NCBI GenBank assembly: GCA_963845535.1 | Contig: CAWJSK010000001.1 | Coordinates: 160,001 to 224,000, forward strand | Length of the DNA: 64,000 bases | Direction: 5' to 3' | Origin: an uncultured Spirochaetota bacterium | Lineage (GTDB): Bacteria > Spirochaetota > Spirochaetia > SZUA-6 > Fen-1364 | In this document: positions 58,751 through 64,000 of the stretch, piece after piece | How the letters are laid out: each line of letters opens with the position of its first letter | How positions within the stretch are numbered: position 1 is the first letter of the stretch | Notes under the pieces: generated by a model | The model's input: only the letters and a program-made list of their open reading frames with translations | Told to the model about the DNA's origin: nothing | Databases searched by the model: none | Position numbers and translations under genes: made by a program

Positions 58751-59964
58751 GAGCCGAGGTTCTCCGCGACCTTCGCCGCGAACGCCGAGGTGGAGACCTG
58801 CGTGGCGCCTTCCATGAGACGGGCGAAGTCATACGTCACGACCTTTTGCTCGATGGTGCGCGTCAGCCCTTTCTCGATGAGCGCGGCAGCCTCCCCCCAC
58901 CCGAGGTAGTCGAACATCATCTGCCCGGAGAGGATCACCGACGACGGGTTCGCCATGTCCTTGTTCGCGTATTTGGGCGCCGTACCGTGAGTGGCCTCGA
59001 ACACCGCGTGTCCCGTGACGTAGTTGATGTTGCCCCCGGGCGCGATCCCGATCCCTCCGACCTGGGCCGCAAGGGCGTCCGAGATATAATCCCCGTTGAG
59101 GTTGGTGGTTGCGATCACGTCGAGCTCCGCCGGCCGCGTGAGGATCTGCTGCAGGAAGTTGTCCGCAATGGCGTCCTTGACGAGCACTTTCCCCGGCGGC
59201 ACGGCCGGCGTCTCACCGCTTTCCTTCTGGAGCACGACTTTGTCCGCGAACTCCCGCGCGGCAAGCTCATAGCCCCATTCGCGGAAGGCCCCTTCGGTGA
59301 ACTTCTGGATGTTTCCCTTGTGCACGAGCGTGACGCTCTTCCTGCCGTGGGAAACCGCGTAGGCAAGAGCCGCGCGGATCAGGCGCTCCGAGCCCGTTCG
59401 GCTCACTGGCTTGATCCCGATGCCTGAATCCTCTCTGATCTTCCAGCCCAGGGTGTCCCGAAGGAAAGAAATGAGCTGACGGGCTTCCGGTGTCCCCTCC
59501 TTCACCTCGAAGCCGGCGTACACGTCCTCCGTATTCTCACGGAACACCACCATATCCACTCTTTCAGGGTGCAGCACGGGGGACGGGACACCGGGGTACC
59601 AGCGCACGGGACGGAGGCACACATACAGATCCAGCTTCTGGCGAAGAGCCACATTGAGGCTTCTGATGCCGCCTCCCACAGGCGTTGTAAGAGGTCCCTT
59701 GATGCCGATGAGGTGCTCTCGAAATGCCTCTTCGGTTTCCGCGGGGAGCCAGTTGCCCGTCTCACGGAAAGCCTTCTCTCCGGCAAGCACCGGCAGCCAC
59801 TCCACGCTTCGCCGGCCGGCGTACGCGCGCGCGACGGCTTCATCAAACACGCGCCGCGCCGCCCGCCAGATGTCGGGGCCCGTTCCGTCACCTTCGATGT
59901 ACGGGATGAGGGGATTGTCCGGGACCGAAAGACCAGATGACGACCGAGTGATTTTCGTTCCCAT
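58747..59964 (-). CDS. icd: NADP-dependent isocitrate dehydrogenase
   Basis: [64 protein letters not shown]. Confidence 0.97.
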   Translation of the reverse strand: MGTKITRSSSGLSVPDNPLIPYIEGDGTGPDIWRAARRVFDEAVARAYAGRRSVEWLPVLAGEKAFRETGNWLPAETEEAFREHLIGIKGPLTTPVGGGIRSLNVALRQKLDLYVCLRPVRWYPGVPSPVLHPERVDMVVFRENTEDVYAGFEVKEGTPEARQLISFLRDTLGWKIREDSGIGIKPVSRTGSERLIRAALAYAVSHGRKSVTLVHKGNIQKFTEGAFREWGYELAAREFADKVVLQKESGETPAVPPGKVLVKDAIADNFLQQILTRPAELDVIATTNLNGDYISDALAAQVGGIGIAPGGNINYVTGHAVFEATHGTAPKYANKDMANPSSVILSGQMMFDYLGWGEAAALIEKGLTRTIEQKVVTYDFARLMEGATQVSTSAFAAKVAENLGS

Positions 59965-60044
59965 TGGTGCCCCCGAGGCGACATACTACCAAAAAGCCAT
60001 CCGCCTTGCCAACCGGCGGCGTTCCTGCTACCATCCCGTTGGCA

Positions 60045-61133
60045 ATGAGAGCACGCGTCCTATTGTTCGTTGCGCTGGCCTCCGCTTCGGCTGCGCTTGT
60101 CATGAGCTGCTCCGCGTCGGACAGCCGTTACTACCTCGGGACATTCGAGCAAAACCAGGACTTGCGGGAACTGTTTCGATTGTTCAGCAAGGAAAAGGAC
60201 CAGGAGAACAGGTTCGTTCTCATCCAGCAGATCGCCTCCGCCCTGGCGAACGCCGGTAAGAAGAACAAGGAGATCATTTTCCTCACGACCCACGTGGAGA
60301 AAAATCCCTCGGACACTTACAACGCGTACTACCTCCTGCTCGTGGCTGAAGCGTACAGCGACATGAAGGAAGCCCCGCTGGCCATCTACTACTATCGCCA
60401 GATCCTCATGAACTACGCGGACCTGCTGGTCCGGGGAAGGTCCATTCACTTTCAATGCCTCGAGGACCTCCTTGCCCTGTCGAACAATCCCGAGCATAAA
60501 ATCGAATACTACAAGGAGCTGATCTCCCGGTTCGGGGACCAGATCGAACATCCCGCCATGAACTGGTATTTCATGGCGAAAAGCTATGAACAGGTGGGGG
60601 AGTGGGACCAGGCCGTTCAGGCCTACAACCGCTATCTCAGCTATCCCGACACCGATGTTCCGGATGAACCTGACGCCGCCCGCACCGCCAATGAGAGGGT
60701 GAACCTCTACAACACGTTCGACACGTCCCAGATCGACTGGACCGCTCCCGACCTTCAGGTCCTCGTGGACGGGGTGAAGAACGCCATCCAGACCAAGAAC
60801 ATTCCCACCTTGAGAAAGCTCCAGGCAAAAGTGAACTTCTACGAGGGGGGGTGGGATCAGACCAAGCTGTTCGGTGATCCTACCGGAGAAGGGGACAGCG
60901 AAGGCAACCGGACCCTCGACATCACCTCCTATCTCGCCAGCTCCTACCCGAAGATCGACGGCCAGCTCGATATTGCCGACAATGATCGTGAAGCATATCT
61001 GCGCACGACGGACTGGAACTTCCGTCCGCCGACCTGGTATCTGTATTTCCGCAGGGTGGATTTCCCGGCGGATCCTGACATCAATGGGCAATGGGAATGG
61101 GCAGGCGTTTACTTCGGCGAAAAGCTTCCATAG
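60045..61133 (+). CDS. TPR-containing lipoprotein
   Basis: Lipobox-like LVMSC; TPR-like helices (YFMAKSYEQVGEWDQAVQAY); C-terminal WEWAGVYFGE. Confidence 0.75.
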   Translation: MRARVLLFVALASASAALVMSCSASDSRYYLGTFEQNQDLRELFRLFSKEKDQENRFVLIQQIASALANAGKKNKEIIFLTTHVEKNPSDTYNAYYLLLVAEAYSDMKEAPLAIYYYRQILMNYADLLVRGRSIHFQCLEDLLALSNNPEHKIEYYKELISRFGDQIEHPAMNWYFMAKSYEQVGEWDQAVQAYNRYLSYPDTDVPDEPDAARTANERVNLYNTFDTSQIDWTAPDLQVLVDGVKNAIQTKNIPTLRKLQAKVNFYEGGWDQTKLFGDPTGEGDSEGNRTLDITSYLASSYPKIDGQLDIADNDREAYLRTTDWNFRPPTWYLYFRRVDFPADPDINGQWEWAGVYFGEKLP

Positions 61134-62293
61134 TCATCCTCTGTCTCTGCCTCGTCATGAGCTCCGCCTGGGCGGGAGAGGTGACAGGCGGCCCGGCGCC
61201 TGCCGCGCCCCTCCCCGTCGCGCCCGCGGAAGGACCCATGACGCCGTCCGGGGGGGCTGACGGCGTCGTTACGGCCGCGGCGCCCAATGATCCGGCAGGC
61301 CCTCTGCCTCCCGCTCAAGGCATTCGCGGGGAGGAGGTCTACTCCCTGGACATTCCGGATGAGGACATCATCGGAAAGTACATGGAGGGAATGCTTTCCC
61401 AGCGTAGAGACTGGCTGGAAGCCGTGCTTTCCAGGAGCAGCCGGTACCGGCTCGTGATCGACGCGGAGCTTGCCGAAAAAGGCCTTCCCCGCGAGCTTGG
61501 GTTCCTTCCCGCCGTGGAGTCAGGTTTCCAGACCTACGCCGTGTCCCCCATGGGAGCCGTCGGGCTCTGGCAGCTCATGCGCAACACCGCTTCCCCGTAC
61601 GGGCTTCGCATGGACCAGTGGGTGGATGAAAGGCGGGACTTCATGCGCTCCACCGAGGCGTCCCTTCAGAAGCTTCAGGACAACTACCGGCAGTTCGGGG
61701 ACTGGTTCCTTGCTCTTGCCGCCTACAACTGCGGAGTCGGCCGCCTGACGGGAGTGGTTGCAAGAAATCCGAACGCGGATTTCTGGACCCTGAGGAAAAA
61801 GGGAGTCCTTCCCCGAGAGACCTCCGCATTTGTCCCGATGTTCCTCGCCCTCACGCGCATCCTGAGCTATCCCGGCCGCTACGGCCTGGAGGTGAGCTGG
61901 GACCCTTCCCCTGACTGGGCCCGCATCCCGCTCGAAGCCTGCGTGGACCTTCGCCTGCTTTCGCGCCAATCAGGGGTGCCCCTCGGCGTGCTCGCCGAAA
62001 GCAATGCGGAGCTGAACTTCCCCATGACGCCGCCGGCCTCGTACCAGTACGTGCTCAAGGTGCCGCAAGAGTACGAACAGGCGGTGAAAGACACGCTTGC
62101 AGCGGCCTCCGTGCCGCTCATGCAGTTCAACATCCATGTGGTGAAGCCGGGCGATACTTTGTCCGGGATGGCGCAGAGGTATCACGTCACGGTCGACATG
62201 ATCCTTCAGTTCAACCCGCGGCTTGCCCCCCGGACGCTGCAGATAGGGTCGAAAGTCCTGATCCCCATGGCGCCGCCGCGGAGCGAAGGATGA
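61091..62293 (+). CDS. mltD: Lytic transglycosylase with LysM domain (MltD-like); exact start uncertain
   Basis: LPAVESGF (catalytic Glu), AVGLWQLM, VDERRD, ALAAYNCG, ET..FVP; LysM HVVKPGDTLSGMA. Confidence 0.88.
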   Translation: MGMGRRLLRRKASIVILCLCLVMSSAWAGEVTGGPAPAAPLPVAPAEGPMTPSGGADGVVTAAAPNDPAGPLPPAQGIRGEEVYSLDIPDEDIIGKYMEGMLSQRRDWLEAVLSRSSRYRLVIDAELAEKGLPRELGFLPAVESGFQTYAVSPMGAVGLWQLMRNTASPYGLRMDQWVDERRDFMRSTEASLQKLQDNYRQFGDWFLALAAYNCGVGRLTGVVARNPNADFWTLRKKGVLPRETSAFVPMFLALTRILSYPGRYGLEVSWDPSPDWARIPLEACVDLRLLSRQSGVPLGVLAESNAELNFPMTPPASYQYVLKVPQEYEQAVKDTLAAASVPLMQFNIHVVKPGDTLSGMAQRYHVTVDMILQFNPRLAPRTLQIGSKVLIPMAPPRSEG

Positions 62294-63183
62294 TGAAGCG
62301 CATCCTGACGGCGCTGGCGCTGTGCGCGCTCTGGGTCCCCGCGCTTGCGGCGCAGGCCCCGACGAAGGACGCGAGGGGCACGCTCGTCGTGAATGAGCCC
62401 GGCCTGAGCGTCCGCGGCAGAGTGGATTGGGCGGCCGGGACTCTCGAGGTCGAAGTGACGCGCCAGCTCGACCCCGCAGTGGCGGCAATCCCCCGGGCAA
62501 AAGGCGATGCAGAAACGGACATCCAGTCGCGCCTGGGAGGGTTCATGATTGCGGCCTTGTCCACCGTGGTGGTGGACTCCTCCCACACGTACGGTGACCT
62601 CCTGGAGGGGGACCCTGCACTGTTCTCACGGGTGAGCCGCCTGGCGGAGGGGGCGCACCAGCGCGCGCTTTTCCTCTCTGATGATTTCTCCCAACTGATT
62701 GCCAGGTATTCATTGCCAATCTTCGGAGCCCAGGGAGCCGTCTCTCCGCTTTACCCGTCCCGCAGCGCACCCGTCCCCCGGCGCCTGGGCTGGGTCCCCA
62801 CCCGACCTTTTACCGGGGTCCTGATCTATGCGAAGGGGCAGCTCCCGGCGGTCGGCACGAATGGCTTTGCCCAGGCCGCGCCGGCGGTATTCCCGCGCAT
62901 CTTCGATGAGAGCATGGCGCTGGTCATGGACAAGGGGACGTGCGCGCCGGATGCGCTTGCAGAGTGGGGGATGGTGGGGTACGCCTCGAGCATTGATGAT
63001 CCCGTGGCGCTCCTGCGCGCGGGGGAGTTTCCCTTGCGCCTGGTAGCCCGTGGCGTCTTCGGCGACAAAGCCACCGACATCGTCATCCCGACCGACGGAG
63101 CGCGTCAGCTCCTCACTCTGCAAGAAAACAGGAAGCTGCTGCAGGACGGAAAGATCGTCATAGTCTACGACAGCCTCGACTAA
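62290..63183 (+). CDS. Exported hypothetical protein
   Basis: Signal peptide; ATGA overlap with mltD; FTGVLIYAKG, P..FPRIFDE, GMVGY motifs. Confidence 0.7.
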   Translation: MMKRILTALALCALWVPALAAQAPTKDARGTLVVNEPGLSVRGRVDWAAGTLEVEVTRQLDPAVAAIPRAKGDAETDIQSRLGGFMIAALSTVVVDSSHTYGDLLEGDPALFSRVSRLAEGAHQRALFLSDDFSQLIARYSLPIFGAQGAVSPLYPSRSAPVPRRLGWVPTRPFTGVLIYAKGQLPAVGTNGFAQAAPAVFPRIFDESMALVMDKGTCAPDALAEWGMVGYASSIDDPVALLRAGEFPLRLVARGVFGDKATDIVIPTDGARQLLTLQENRKLLQDGKIVIVYDSLD

Positions 63184-64000
63184 CTCACCATGGCCAGCGC
63201 CATCACGAGGCAGTCCCCCATCATGTTGCTGATGAGGCAATACTCGTTGGGCTGATGGGCAGTCTCTTCGATGCGAGACCACACCACGGTCGGGATTCCC
63301 GCCGCCCTGAGATAGGCTCCCACCGTCCCCCCTCCAATCCCGACGGTGCCGGCTTCGACCCCGTAGACTCGATGTATGGCGTTTCTCAGCGTATCCACGA
63401 TGGGTGCGTCAGGAGCAGTGGGGGGGAGGACGCCTTCTGGACTTCCTCCACGGCCACCGTGACGCCGAAATCCCGTTCCACGCCGTCACAGATTCCGCGG
63501 ATTTCCCTCATCACCATGCCGAGATCCTCCCGCGGCAGCACCCTGCTGTCGAGGTAGAAGACGTCCTCACCGGGGAGAGTGTTGACGTTCGGGACGTTCG
63601 CCTCCTTGCGGGTGGGAACGAACGTGGAGGTGGGCGGGCTGAAAAGGGTATCTGTTGCGTTGAAGCGCTCCCGCAATGCCCCCAACCGAATCACGAGGTG
63701 GGAACCGGCTTCGAATGCGTTCACGCCCTTCTCCGGCGTCGAGGCGTGGCACTGTTTCCCTGTCACGATGAACTTCAGCCAGAGGATGCTCTTCTCCGCA
63801 ATCTCGATCATATTCCCTTCCGGGGAGCCGCTGTCAGGCACGAGGGCAAGGTCCCGAGGGCTGAAAAGCTTCGTTGCCGAAAGCACGTGCTGGACACCCT
63901 GCGCGGAACCGGTCTCCTCGTCGGAAACGAACAACAGGCGCGTGGTTCGCCGGGGGCGCAGACCCAGCTCCTTGACGCACGCCGCGGCAAAGACCGAGGC
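63180..64000 (-). CDS. M20/DapE-like metallohydrolase (5'-truncated by window edge; apparent -1 frameshift in G7 run at 63420..63426)
   Basis: SDEETGS, VPD.G, AEKSILW, GKQCHASTP, NVNTLPG; the shifted frame continues to GIGGGTVGA and AHQPNEY. Confidence 0.88.

Overview
A GC-rich, gene-dense bacterial chromosomal segment with about 45 CDS. It is probably from an uncultured Spirochaetia-like organism; this is an inference from gene families such as the TPR-lipoprotein/MltD/exported-protein run and the DUF4015-like hydrolase. I saw no rRNA, tRNA, CRISPR array, integrase or transposase. In order, the window holds: the 3' part of dnaE2; a YghO/bCerS-like GNAT; a 7-gene MoxR-DUF58-VWA operon; a GH4/VOC/amidohydrolase/MATE cluster; ald-lrp-panB; a WD40-transglutaminase-TPR protein; a homospermidine synthase plus ornithine decarboxylase pair; a GH2 beta-mannosidase; an accessory-looking block (33-39 kb); ytxJ, dinB-family, cyclodeaminase and hutH; glnE-glnA with a sigma54 promoter; an rRNA methyltransferase plus U32 protein; MFS-HEAT; icd; mltD; and an M20 hydrolase. 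At least nine single-base frameshifts in eight genes, mostly in short homopolymers, look like uncorrected long-read errors. The best candidate for an undescribed system is a pore-less voltage-sensor domain (S1-S4, six Arg at every third residue) fused to a class III adenylate cyclase. It is hidden in the ORF track by a frameshift, overlaps (ATGA) a HEPN-like/coiled-coil/SF1 helicase gene, and converges on a TM0106 RecB-like nuclease. Also notable: a ~60-bp dispersed hairpin element present twice, 27 kb apart, with an identical 25-bp core; a GH4 enzyme with an extra N-terminal beta-sandwich; a GlnE with N-terminal ACT domains; and paired 13-bp Lrp-type boxes 31 bp apart in the ald promoter. All family assignments come from motif recognition by eye, not database searches.
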